In this document: piece after piece, positions 1 to 10,898 of the stretch
How positions within the stretch are numbered: position 1 is the stretch's first letter
How the letters are laid out: each line of letters begins with the position of its first letter
Assembly: GCA_965200245.1 (NCBI GenBank)
Contig: CBDATS010000004.1
Location: 1,088,001 to 1,152,000, forward strand
Length of the DNA: 64,000 bases
Direction: 5' to 3'
Source: a bacterium
Lineage (GTDB): Bacteria; UBA8248
Notes under the pieces: model-generated
Told to the model about the DNA's origin: nothing
The model's input: only the letters and a program-made list of their open reading frames with translations
Database searches by the model: none
Program-made: the position numbers and the translations under genes

Positions 1-287
1 TTGGGGTTCTTGCGTCCAAGTCGTTGCGCGCTTTCCCGTGCTGCCTGCGTCACAGTGTCAGCGTAGTCGCAATCAAACGTAGTCGGGCTCATGTCGACAA
101 TTGAAGCGCCCGCGGCACAGGCGACGGCTGTCGTAAGGCCACTACCGAGCAAGACATTCAAGTGCTCGGCCTGAAACAACGCCGACAGCCAGGGCTCAAC
201 ATGATCCCGGTGTTTCTCGGGGTCGGGTTTGTTATCTATACACGCTTGATAGGGTCCTGCCCGGACCATGTGTTCAGACCAGCTCAT
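1..287 (-). CDS. SIR2-family (Sir2-HerA type) defence protein, N-terminal part, runs off the window edge
   Basis: Not in the ORF track because it is open at the edge. Manual translation from ATG at 287: MSWSEHMVRAGPYQACIDNKPDPEKHRDHVEPWLSALFQAEHLNVLLGSGLTTAVA... The EPWLxALFQxEHLxxLLGSG stretch matches the sirtuin Rossmann start of defence SIR2 proteins. ATGA overlap with the upstream stop. Confidence 0.7.
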   Translation of the reverse strand, partial: MSWSEHMVRAGPYQACIDNKPDPEKHRDHVEPWLSALFQAEHLNVLLGSGLTTAVACAAGASIVDMSPTTFDCDYADTVTQAARESAQRLGRKNP

Positions 288-556
288 GGTGTAGAACCTT
301 CGAGAACTCGAAACGTCCCTGCCATTGCTCCAGTGAGGCAGCTCATGCTTTCGGGACTCTTGTCGTCGAACAGTGTTAGTCGGTTGTTCTTACAGAAACC
401 CTCCCAGAAAAAGGCAAACCTGTGTTTCGGGTATATCTGCTCTCGCGTGGTTGTGGGCTCCGTCCAGTAGAATCTTGGGTTGCACAGCCAGTTGCAGACG
501 ACATCCATCACCTGCAACTGAAAATCAAGATTGGACTCGAAACGAGGCTTCATCAT
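284..556 (-). pseudogene. res: Type III restriction Res subunit remnant (N-terminal ~20 aa fused to unrelated sequence)
   Basis: MKPRFESNLDFQLQVMDVVC resembles Res N-termini (MKLxFExxLxxQxxAxxxVxxLF) and sits downstream of mod. The ORF is only 90 aa, versus ~1000 aa for intact Res. Confidence 0.6.
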
Positions 557-587
557 GGCTGGGGCGGGTTCCTTTGGGAGAGTTCTG

Positions 588-800
588 TCAAGCGAACATC
601 AGGCGTTCACCCTTGGGTTCAGGCACGGGATCGCCGAATTCCCGTGTGGTATCAATCCAGAGTTGCATCGCGTCGTTGATGTTCCGTAACGCAGACTCTT
701 GATCGTCGCCGTGCCCCATGCACCCAGGCAACTCGGGCACCTCGGCAATGAACACCCGATCTTCGTTGCTCCAGTAAATGATGATCTCGTACTTGAGCAT
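588..800 (-). CDS. hicB: HicB-family antitoxin
   Basis: MLKYEIIIYWSNEDRVFIAEVPELPGCMGHGDDQESALRNINDAMQLWIDT...GDPVPEPKG is a classic short HicB. ATG at 800-798 overlaps the original hicA stop. Confidence 0.9.
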   Translation of the reverse strand: MLKYEIIIYWSNEDRVFIAEVPELPGCMGHGDDQESALRNINDAMQLWIDTTREFGDPVPEPKGERLMFA

Positions 801-1061
801 CAGTCGTTTTCTCCCAGTTGGTATCTCAGGATCAACTGTCGAACCTGTCTCACCTGATAAGGTTTGGCCTGTCCGCCACTGCTCTGCAGTCTGCAGGTTG
901 AGTTTTTCGACCACACCAGCTTTCCGATAGACGTGGTGGCTTCCGCGAACGCGCTCCGCGAATCCCAGATACTGCAACAGGGCACGCAAGTCGGCAAAGC
1001 GGATGTTCGCATCCGACCGTCCGTGGAGAATGGTCTGCAGCAGCCACTCATGCCGGTTCAT
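800..1061 (-). pseudogene. hicA: HicA-family toxin, frameshifted by a 7-bp tandem duplication
   Basis: NIRFADLRALLQYLGFAERVRGSHHVYRKAGVVEKLNLQ in one frame and SSGGQAKPYQVRQVRQLILRYQL in another. TCTGCAG is duplicated at 883-896. Confidence 0.85.
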
Positions 1062-1085
1062 GGACTCTTCTTCCCCCCGTCGGTA

Positions 1086-3486
1086 TCACAGGCTTCGGAC
1101 GTTCCCGAGGCCACGCTGTTCAAGAATGGCCGCGAGGTTTGTCTTGGCGACATCGTCGGCAAAGGCGCTGTCGCGAAACACGATAGTGGTTTCGCTGGCT
1201 GGCGCGAGCGTGTCATGCCAGTCAGCGATCCCGGACGCCAGCGCCTCCACATCATCGCGGGAGATCGCTTTGCCGAGACAAGCGAGGAGCGTACCGGCAC
1301 CGACAGAGTGCACAGATTTGCCGGCAACAGTCCGGGTCTCAATGGGAATGCAAAGATCGAGACCAAGTTTCAACAACAACCCATAGAGGATGTCCTGCTC
1401 CGTGCGGTCGTGTTCGATGTGGTCGAGGCTGGAAAGAAAAGCACTCTCTAGATTGTCCGGCCTGGGATTCCATGGTCGTATGTTGGAAGTATCCAACTTG
1501 AAGACACGAAAACCCAAATCGCCATCGTAATCGGGGGTTTCGGTTTTGATCTTAATGCTGGCGCGGCGGAGCCGTTCCTTGGTAATTTCGGCGATATTGC
1601 ATGGCTTACGAAGCTTCTTGCAATATTCGGCAGCAGTTTTCTGATCTTTATTCTCTGCGCGGAGAGGTTCCGGTATTCTCTGCGCGGAGAGGTTCCGGAA
1701 ACTGAATGAGAAAATAGCGACGTTTTCCACCGTCTACCGAGTTCTGAATCAAGGTAGCACACCCCGTCGTTCCCGAACCTGCGAAAAAATCTAATACAAT
1801 ATCTTCTTGGTTAGAACCTTGCTCGATAACCTGGCGAATTAATTGTACTGGCTTAGGAAAATCGAAGACTCTTTCGTCAAACAACAAAGCAATATCCGAG
1901 GTTCCATCCCTCGCAAACACTTTTTCACCAATCACGGCAGAAAACCCAGTGTATTCCGAACCCAACTCTGTCAGGAACATTTTTCGTCTTGGACGTCCCG
2001 AGGAATCTGGAGGCCATAGTATTCGATCCTCCTTAATCAACGAATCCATTGTCCTTTTATCGTACCGCCAACCCATGTGTGGACACGCATAGAGTATTCC
2101 TGTATTCGGATTCAGCAAATCGTAGTGAAGGTTTGGTCGCCTATCCGCCGTGGCGATGCCTACCATATTCGCGCTTGCCCAATCACCGCGAGGGTCATTA
2201 TCAGGGTTGGAGTATTGGCTTTTATCTCGTTCATCTCCCCTTATTCTATTGCCATAGCAGATCATGTACTCATGATCGACTGACGCTCCGTTTACGCTTC
2301 GATTGTCTTTGTTTTGTCTACTCTTCCATATGAAGCACGCAAGAAAATTTTCTTCACCAAAAACTTCATCACAAATAAGTCGGAGAGCGGAAATTTTCCC
2401 GTCATCAATGCTCACAAATATTATGCCATCATGGAGGAGCAAGTTCTTCGCCGCTTTCAACCGAGGATACATCATGTTCAACCAGTCCGTATGAAACCGC
2501 CCCGATGTTTCGGTGTTCGATGTCAACTTACGGCTTTCACTGTCGACCTGCCCCGTCAACTCCAAGTAGTTTTGTATATTGTCGTGAAAATCGTCCGGAT
2601 AAACAAAATCTTTGCCGGAATTGTAAGGGGGGTCGATGTAAATGAGCTTCACCCTGCCAGCATAACTCTTCTGCAAGAGTTTCAGGACTTCCAGGTTATC
2701 ACCCTCGATCATCAGGTTCTGGGTCGTGTCCCAGTCGACGCTTTCCTCAGGACATGGCCGCAGTGTGCCGGTCGAAGGCGTGAGCGCAAGTTGCCGCGCC
2801 CGACGCTTGCCATGCCAGTTGAGGCCGTACTTCTCCTCACCCTCGTCCACGGTGTCGCCGAGAAGCTGACGGAGCACCTCTTCCCGGCTCGCTGCTTCCT
2901 CTGCCGTAACGGAACGGTGGAAGTCGCCTGTGATCGCGGCTGTCTGAAACGCCCGCACCGTGTCAACCCAGCCCCGGTAGAGGGTGTAGAGCGTATCCCG
3001 AGGCTGGCGGGCCAGGGCAAGAGCGTCGCGAAATGCTACGAGTTTTTCGTCGGCAGGGTCGCCACAGAACTGTGTGGCGACGATCTCACCGTCGATGACG
3101 ACTTTCCCCGCCTCCCCGAGCGACCGGCGTTTGTGAGCCAGCGAAATCTCCGGCTTCTCGTCCCACCAAACGATCAACAGCACCGGGTAGGGCACGGCAC
3201 GGTGGACCAGTTCGACCAAGCGGCTGGCACGCGCGGCAAGTCGTAGTTCTAGCTTCAGGACAACAATCTCAAGATATTCCCGCTCGGCATCGCGATATTC
3301 GGCAATTCCGATCGTCGCCGGCTTGAGTGTTGCGACCCATCTCAATTCCTCGATCCCTTCCCGGATGCGCCGCCGGTCGCCAACCGTGAACGCGCTGTTT
3401 TCAAGCAATAACGTCTTGGGCACACAGTGCTTGACGAACGCCTCAGGAGGGAGTGCAAGGGCTGCGAAGGGATCGAACGGCGTCAT
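1086..3486 (-). pseudogene. mod: DUF4391-like domain fused to type III R-M adenine methyltransferase Mod; frameshifted
   Basis: DPPY and FAGSG motifs, GDNLEVLKLLQKSY, FPKPVQLI, and C-terminal GFRVFKLDTSN...DDVAKTNL. Split between ORFs 1648..3486 and 1086..1730 by a 25-bp duplication. The first ~200 aa resemble DUF4391. Confidence 0.88.
1649..1698. repeat. 25-bp perfect tandem duplication inside mod
   Basis: TATTCTCTGCGCGGAGAGGTTCCGG x2 (1649-1673, 1674-1698). Confidence 0.95.
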
Positions 3487-6400
3487 GCCGAATCCTCCGG
3501 CAACACGGCGAGAAACGCCACCACCTCAAAATCGTCCATCCCGGCAAACTCACCGGGCATGACATGCGTGCCTCCCGGTACGAACAAACTCGCGATGGCG
3601 CGCTCCTCACCTATTCCAATGATAGAGGACACGGCGGCGGCGAGCAATCGCTGCGCAGCCCGCATGTCTTCGCCCCGACGGGTGGCAGCGTCGAAGCGGT
3701 TGCAGGCAAGGGCGTCCGGCATGTCCTTGCCGAGACAAAGTCGCTTTAGACGGTCGAGAACTGCTTTGGCTTGGGTGAACGGCAGGGGCACCAATCCGTC
3801 CTCACCGACATGAACGAGATAATGCGGCACCAAGGGATAGTCTGGCTGGAATCGGGTTTCGGCTCCGTTTCCCTCGGCGCGCAGACAAAAGATGATGCCG
3901 GGTGGAATGTCATCGGCCGTGACAGTGATTGCATGCACTCCGAGCGGAACCGATTCCAAGGCCTCCGGGTTGACCCTGCGATAGTCCGCCAGATCAATCC
4001 GGAAATCGGTTAGTGTCAGATCAGCGATCGAGACCCCTGAGGACAGGTCTTCGAGATCGATCACCGCATCCTAGAGCTTCAAAAGCTGTTTACGACGGTA
4101 AGCCAGATCGTTCATCGGATCGCCCGATTGCTGCTCGATCAGGTTTTCCTCGCCAGTGGCCGAGACGTCGAGCAACACCATCCTCCCACTCACCCGCTGC
4201 TCCAGACGGTGGTATTCCTCCAGTTCCATGTTAGGCCAAAAATTGACGAGTTGAATGCGTTCGTTGGGCGAGCCGATGCGGTCGATGCGGCCGAAACGCT
4301 GGATGATGCGAACGGGGTTCCAATGGATGTCATAGTTTATGAGCCAGTCGCAGTCCTGGAGGTTCTGGCCTTCGGAGATGCAGTCAGTCGCGATCAGAAG
4401 ATCAATTTCACCCTCACCTGCAAGATCATCTGGCCGTTCCTTGGTCCGGGGTGCGAAGGCGGTAAGGATGGAGACGAGGTTGTGCCGCAGGTCCGGCAGG
4501 GTCGTCCGGTTTTGCCCCGCACCGGTAACCAGTGCGGACTGTACTCCCAAGGAATCCCGCGCCCAAGGTGCCAACACGTCATAAAGATAACGTGCGGTGT
4601 CAGCAAATGCCGTGAAGACGATGACTTTACGGTTGCCAGTATTGATCGGAGCACTGCATTTCCGATCGATCATCTCGCGCAGTTCAGCAAGCTTGGCGTC
4701 GCGGTCGGTGGTCACCTGCCGGGCCGCGGCATGGAGCGTTGCTAGTCGGTTGCGGTCTTCGATCAAATCCTGTCGCCAGCGGACCGGGTCGACATCCTGG
4801 AGCAGAACCTTGACCTTGCGGCCGACCAGAAGGCTTTCGAAGGCCGGGTCCTCAATGTCGATGTCTCCGATATCGAGTTCCTCAAGTTCGTCGTTTTGTT
4901 CCTCTATGCGCGCCAGGAGCACCTCGACATCGGCCAACTGACGCTGAACGGTCAGGGCGAACGCGACGACCGAACTTTCCATGCGCTTCAGTACATTCAC
5001 GCGAAGAAGCTGGATAAGGCTCTCTTCGCGATCCTTTTGCCGGAAAGTCCCGTCTCCACTGCGAAGTCGGGTACTGTATTTTGTGTCATATGCCTCTTGC
5101 CTGTGCGGCAGGACATAGCGAAGCGGCGCATAGGCGGCAAGGTTCAGGCGGCGGATCTCCGCATTGATTTCGTGGATCGAAGGGAATTTTCCTGCGAGAT
5201 CGACATCCGGTTTGACATTAACCGGCCTGAGACGCTCCGGAAAACGGCCTGTTTCACGGTCTCCATAGTACTTTTCGAGGTGCCGGCGAGAGCGGGCAAT
5301 CGTGAGACGGTCCAATAACGTAAAATAATCGAACCCCAACATGTCCACGAGCCGAGATGGTGTGCGTTCGCTTTCGCCAAGTTCGAGCCAGCGGTTGAAC
5401 TGCTTCTGCGCACGTTGCGTCGTGCCGTCGATACTGGACACACCGTGATCCGACAGCGCCTTGTCGTCACCCTCGGTGGCGAAGGCGATCTGGTTGCGGA
5501 GATCGACCAAACGATTGTCCACAGGCGTGGCAGAAAACATGAGGACCCGGGTTTTCACACCTTCCCGGACGATCCGGCGCATGAGCCGGTCGTACCGCGT
5601 CTCACTGCCCTGACGTGGCGAACGCTTGTTGCGGAAATTGTGTGACTCGTCGATGACGACGAGATCGTAGTTGCCCCAATTCACATGGGCGAGATCAATA
5701 TCGCCCGATCTGCCACCGTCGCGAGATAGGTCGGTGTGATTGAGAATGTCGTAGTTAAAACGATCGCGCGCGAGGATGTTGCGACAGTCATTGGCACAGT
5801 AGAGGGTCCAGTTGTCGCGTAGCCGCTTCGGGCAGAGTACAAGGACGCGATCATTGCGAAGTTCGTGGTATTTGATGATAGCCAGCGCCTCGAAGGTTTT
5901 GCCAAGCCCGACGCTGTCGGCAATGATGCAACCGCCGAACCGTTCGAGTTTGTCGATGGCGCCAATGACCCCGTCACGCTGGAACTTGAACAGTCTCTTC
6001 CAGACTTCCGTGTTGCGAATCCCAGTCTCCGACTTGACGACCCGCTCTTCGTCAAGTTCGCCATCCTCGGTTCGAAACAGGTGGTGCAAGATCAGCGCGT
6101 AGATGCTGGACGGAGCCTGGTGCACAGCAAGTCGGCGCAAAGCAGCCACCAAGTCCTGCTTACCGGCGCTATTTTCCGTGAGCCCGGACCATTGCGCATC
6201 GAACCATGCGCCCAGCCGTTCGCATTCTTCGGGCGTCTCGGAAGCCTGAATCAGATTGAGAGGATTGCCTGGTGCAAGGCCCAATCCGTCGGTGCTGAAC
6301 GAAAATGAACCGAGCAGAGCTTGCTCTGAGCGACCGTCGCCATTGCGCAACACGATAGCCCCCTGTGGGACCGACCCGTTCGCTCTGCGCGCATCGGCTA

Positions 6401-6677
6401 CTTTTTCGATCCAGGCCGCACAATGGCCGGCGAGCCAGCGGCCTTGCGGACGATTGCGTACCGTTCGGTCCACAGCAGACCCCAGCAGGTCGAGGTCGGC
6501 ATCATCAGGTGGCAAAACGATCCGCGCGCTAGTCATCCGCGCCAGATTTCCGGCAAGTTCTCCAAAGGCGAAGAGCGATAGCGTTAGGGAAGCAAGGTCG
6601 ACCCGATTGCCGGCGCTTAGCCAAGGCCGGATAATATCGACCACGCGATCGGAACCGGTGTTGGGAACGAGTCTCAT
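3483..6677 (-). pseudogene. SNF2-family helicase associated with type III R-M; one in-frame TAG
   Basis: ADSVGLGKT, DESHN, SATP, SEGQNLQ and QRFGRIDRIG motifs. ORFs 4071..6677 and 3483..4064 are in the same frame (KL*DAVIDLEDL), giving ~1064 codons. Confidence 0.88.
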
Positions 6678-7118
6678 CGTGGGTTGGCAATCCAGTGACT
6701 GACGGTCTTGATACCAGTGTTGCAGAATTCACACATGTTCCGCGCTACCACAGCAAGGCCCCGACTTGTTGTCTCTGCCACAAGAGAGGCGTTCGGAACA
6801 TGATCGTAGAGCAACTCTCCATACCGGCTCTTTTCTCTCACGATCTGCGCGCCCGGGCGTCGGCTATAGTCCAGTCGACGATTCGGTCTTCGAACCACGC
6901 GTCAATTAAGATCATGGAACCACTCGGCGAACCCATCCGGGTGATAGCCAAGGGCCTGACGACCGATAACGTTGAGAATCTCCGAGACAATGATGGAAGC
7001 GAAGTCAAGGTCTTTCTCGGTGATTGAATCGAGAATGCGGCAATTCGTGGCTCGGGCTGAGGTGCATCATTTCAGATACGACGTCTGTGTCGATCAACCA
7101 CGCAAGCAAGACAATCAC
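6674..7118 (-). pseudogene. VapC/FitB PIN-domain toxin, degenerate
   Basis: Manual translation: WLIDTDVVSEMM / RIAAFLDSITEKDLDFASIIVSEI ... NASLVAETTSRGLAVVARNMCEFCNTGIKTVSHW. PIN pattern with a frameshift, a stop and altered acidic residues. Confidence 0.7.
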
Positions 7119-7362
7119 AGCCCCTCCTCACGGAAGAAAACAGCGGCCTGTAGCCGCATCGTACCAGAGACGACAGATCGATCCCGTGGTCCTCCTCAAA
7201 ATGCCGCGCGAAAGCATCGGACAGCCTTGGCCAGTGCTCGGCCTTCTTACGCTTCTCCCGGCTCAGGCGACGCACGAACTTTCCTATAGATATTCCGAAC
7301 TCCCGGTCTCGCACTTGAGTCACGCTCGACCCTGAGCTCGATGCCACGGACATGGTACTCAT
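7115..7362 (-). pseudogene. FitA/Arc-like antitoxin, degenerate
   Basis: Directly upstream of the PIN remnant. The C-terminal RLSDAFARHFEEDHGIDL resembles FitA-type antitoxin tails; the N-terminus is eroded. Confidence 0.45.
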
Positions 7363-7552
7363 TTCAGCGTCTCTTCGACCCGGTTTGCAACACGTGGGAA
7401 ATCACTCGAGAACAACCTTGTGTTGCTTACAAATCACAATTTTCTACTTGACGAACTAAACCACCAAATACAGGGTCATCATATTTGGGAATTTTGATAT
7501 CTATTGAGTCAAGGGTACAATTTCGTCTCCAATTGACTCAGATTGCGATGAA

Positions 7553-8356
7553 TCAATCAAAGAGTGTCTCCATTTCGAGTATTTTCTCCGCACGGATCAC
7601 TATCCCAATATTTATTGGGATATTTGTTCTTGTCACAGCTGTCACAGAAGTTGGTATGTTTGCCACGACAATTTCACCATCTACAGTCTGTTCGTAGCCA
7701 GCAAACAATACACCCAACAACTCCACGTGTGCACCTCCTCCCTGAATAGAGATATTCTGTCCCGCTTTTATGGGCAATTCAGGCGTGTACCTGAAGACTG
7801 GCGACCCGCTGGAGCCCGGGTAGACGGCGCAATCAATGAGAAACTCCTGTTTACCTTCAAAATCTACCCCAGGATGTGTGGCTGTAATTCCTCTTCTCAC
7901 GAGCGGAAAGTTATTTTGGCTATCCCACAAGCCTATAGGATATCCGACCATAACAGTTTCTTCTATCAGTTTCAGAGAGCCTATCTGGTCGCATTTTGGA
8001 ATCAGTCTTTTGTCTACGGAAGACACAAAAGGCTGAAGGCTTTTTATCTGCTGAGTCGGCTTGCCAATAGGATGCATTTTGATTTGATTTATCGGAATCG
8101 CGGCTAGATCAACTGATGTGTCAGGGTGGCCAATCCAGGTATTTTCCAGTGCGGGTACCAAGATAGGAATAAGCTTTCCAGGGACAGGTTCGCCGTCTGC
8201 AGATTCAGCAAATGAAAATTGGAGACCAATCATGTTTTCTATAACATGTTTATTGGTAATAATGACGCGCCCCACACTGCCTCCAAAATCAAACACGAAA
8301 CCTGTTCCCCAAGAAGTCTTGTTATTGGCGTCCCTGCATTCAAGCCGCAAAGTCAC
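7553..8356 (-). CDS. Trypsin-like serine protease (start uncertain)
   Basis: GTGF, ITNKHVI (His), DLAAI (Asp), VGYP and PGSSGSPV (Ser) give a complete triad. Low GC; no in-frame ATG upstream of the GTG. Confidence 0.85.
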   Translation of the reverse strand: MTLRLECRDANNKTSWGTGFVFDFGGSVGRVIITNKHVIENMIGLQFSFAESADGEPVPGKLIPILVPALENTWIGHPDTSVDLAAIPINQIKMHPIGKPTQQIKSLQPFVSSVDKRLIPKCDQIGSLKLIEETVMVGYPIGLWDSQNNFPLVRRGITATHPGVDFEGKQEFLIDCAVYPGSSGSPVFRYTPELPIKAGQNISIQGGGAHVELLGVLFAGYEQTVDGEIVVANIPTSVTAVTRTNIPINIGIVIRAEKILEMETLFD

Positions 8357-9611
8357 GAAGACAAGATATTCGGAATCGTTAAATAATCGATTTTCATGGG
8401 ATATATGCCTTTGATCGTTTCATAGAATGAATTGCCGAACCGGCCGTATCAACTTCACACTGGCGCACGAGTTTGAACACTACCTCTTCCATCGGCAAGA
8501 GTACCCAATGATATCCGGTGCATCCAGCAAGACATGTATTCCTAGAATGGCCCTTACCGATAGACCGAACGGGAAGCAAATGAATTTGTCGCAACACTGC
8601 TGACGCTACTCGGCGACTTCCGCCGCCAGTTCTCTTCACAGATAAGCCCCTACTGGATAAAATCGGTGAGTGTGCCGAGTGCTATGGCGTGTTGCTTGTT
8701 GCCGCCAAGTACGCTGGCTTGATTACACAAAGCGCCGTTCAGCCCTCATGGTATCAAGAGATGGTTTCATATTCTGGTCGCGGTCGAGTTCCGAGGCGCT
8801 CGAGACGGGGGTTTTCTTTTGCACGGCCAATCAAGAACCCGTTATCATCCCCGGGGCTTCACCAGTAATGTAGCCTGCCAGTCTGGGCAACGCCAATGAT
8901 GTGTAGAGCAGAGCCCGGGTATTTGGTGCCCTGAGGCCTGCGAGGAAATCATGCTGGTTTCCGATCGATACACTTTCATTATTTTGCTGCCCCATCTAGA
9001 TGATTACCCTGCTCACAATGAGTTCCCTGAGGAGTTGGAAACCGGAGACTCCTGTGGCCACATAACCAACCGCAATCCGGGCACCTCTTGATTAGGGCAG
9101 GTATCAACAAAAGAAAATTAAGAGATAGGGTGGACGAGCTCTGAATCGAGCAGAAATTTCCTGGCAATTTGGAAAAAAGGCTCATCATGGTACAGCGAAA
9201 ACATAAGTGGAATTTCCTAGTATAAGGCCTTGGCAATCTTTCCCGTTCGGTGTGTGAGGAAGGGTACAAGCTTCCTCTCGACGGTGTAACCTGACATATC
9301 GATATTCCGGAGAAAAAGGGACGCGAAGAAAAGGAACCAGAACTTGTGATGGCAACGACCATGCGGCTGATCTCGCTAATCAGGCCCACGCCTTACTTGT
9401 CGATATTCGTTCAGATGCCGAACTCTACGTGCGTGTAAAACTGACTGGCGAGATTTTGCGTAATCAGATTGAGCGTTCTCGCCAAGAAAACCAGGGGCCT
9501 CGGGTCAAGCGTGCCAGTGGACATTTTTTCGCGACTGACACTCCAATCCTTCGAAGGACTCATGACCGACTTTAGGGAAAGGGATGAGTCTGTCCCTAAT
9601 CGGCATCCGCC

Positions 9612-9635
9612 GGGGGGGGGGGGGGGGGGGGGGGG
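9612..9635. repeat. G24 homopolymer
   Basis: 24 consecutive G in non-coding sequence. Confidence 0.95.
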
Positions 9636-9970
9636 ATAAGTTTATGCAGGAGGCATGAACTCAGGGACACGGGACAGCTCTACTTGGCGTTATGCCTAGC
9701 TTCTCTTATAAAATATATGGAATGTGTAGAATGCCATGCCTTTCGTTGTTAATGACGTACCGGTGCACTTTGATGATGCGCGTTCACAGGCACCATAGAA
9801 TGCCTTAGAGCGTGTTCGTGATTTTCAATCTCAATGTTCCAAAACATCATCTTCAACCGGTTGTCGTGCCACCAGAAATAAAGAAACAATCGCCTCGTAG
9901 TCGCTAGCCATATCCTCGTCCAATCCTCGTTCCTCTTGGCACCGTGTCCACGCTGCGTCGCGTGCTCCAG

Positions 9971-10085
9971 TATAACCTTGTGCCTTCAAGACTACTTCGC
10001 CCAGACGAATCATATCGTGACCCTTGAACTTTCCGCTGACGAATTCGACGATTTGGTCATCGGCCTGTTATTGAACATCAACTGC
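9971..10085 (-). pseudogene. Mrr-like restriction endonuclease fragment
   Basis: DVQ*QADDQIVEFVSGKFKGHDMIRLGEVVLKAQGYT resembles the DQI...KFKGHxxxRLVxxxLxAQGY start of Mrr-catalytic-domain proteins. It has an internal stop and the catalytic part is absent. Confidence 0.55.
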
Positions 10086-10317
10086 CGACACGACCGATGT
10101 TGACACTGTAGCGCTAATATTCAGGTGAATGAGCGGACGGGGTATCCGAGGGTATCGTATTCTCGACTATGCGGTCGACGAAGGCGGCGGAACTAGCATC
10201 TGAGGCTCAGGCCCTTTGTTTGGACCCGCGTCCGGCACCGAGATGTAATCCAACTGCCGCCCGCATTCGAACCGCACTCTTTCTATTAGCGTTTTCCGCG
10301 AACGCGGTGTCTCGTGG

Positions 10318-10611
10318 TCAGACGGCAGCGAACCTTCGGATCTGGACCGGCTTCCGGTTATGCTGTGTGTGCCAGAGGTCGTACTGCATCTGCTGCGTCA
10401 GCCAACTCTCGGGGCTGCCGCCGAATGCTTCAGACAGCCGGGTCGCCATCTCGGGCGATATGCCGATGCGGCCGCAGAGCAGCATCGACAGCGTGCTGCG
10501 CGACACCGCAAGCCCCTTCGCGGCCTCGGTAATCGTCAACCCGAGAGGTTTGAGGCACCGGCGCCGGATTAATGCGCCGGGATGGGGTGGGTCGTGCATA
10601 AGCATGGACAT
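10318..10611 (-). CDS. higA: HigA-family antitoxin (HTH XRE)
   Basis: [38 protein letters not shown]...[31 protein letters not shown]. Confidence 0.93.
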   Translation of the reverse strand: MSMLMHDPPHPGALIRRRCLKPLGLTITEAAKGLAVSRSTLSMLLCGRIGISPEMATRLSEAFGGSPESWLTQQMQYDLWHTQHNRKPVQIRRFAAV

Positions 10612-10618
10612 TACCTCC

Positions 10619-10898
10619 CTAGTGATAGTCCAGATAACCTATATCGGCGACGTGCCCGTCCTCGAACCGAAAGGTGATGCGCCAGTTGGCGCGGACCGTC
10701 ACCGCCCAGAATCCGTCATAGCCGCCCCTGAGGCGGTGCAGCCGGAAGCCAGGCAACTCCATGTCATTCGGGGTTGCCGACGCATTGAGGCGCGCCAAGA
10801 AGTCGCGCAAGGTCTCGTCATGTTCCGGATGGATGTGACGGTCATCGCCACGTTCCATGAAGCGTCTGAGTACCCGGCTCCTGAAGTTCCATTATCAT
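10619..10898 (-). pseudogene. higB: HigB-family (RelE-like) toxin with 5-prime frameshift
   Basis: C-terminal LPGFRLHRLRG...WAVTVRANWRITFRFEDG...DYH. ATG at 10898 is 40 nt from the ORF start and out of frame; removing one base restores MIxNFRSRVLRRFMERGD. Confidence 0.8.

Noticed and set aside
4071-4073. In-frame TAG in the helicase as pyrrolysine or programmed read-through
   Set aside because: The context fits a Gln codon (CAG to TAG), neighbouring genes are also decayed, and there is no supporting pyl context.
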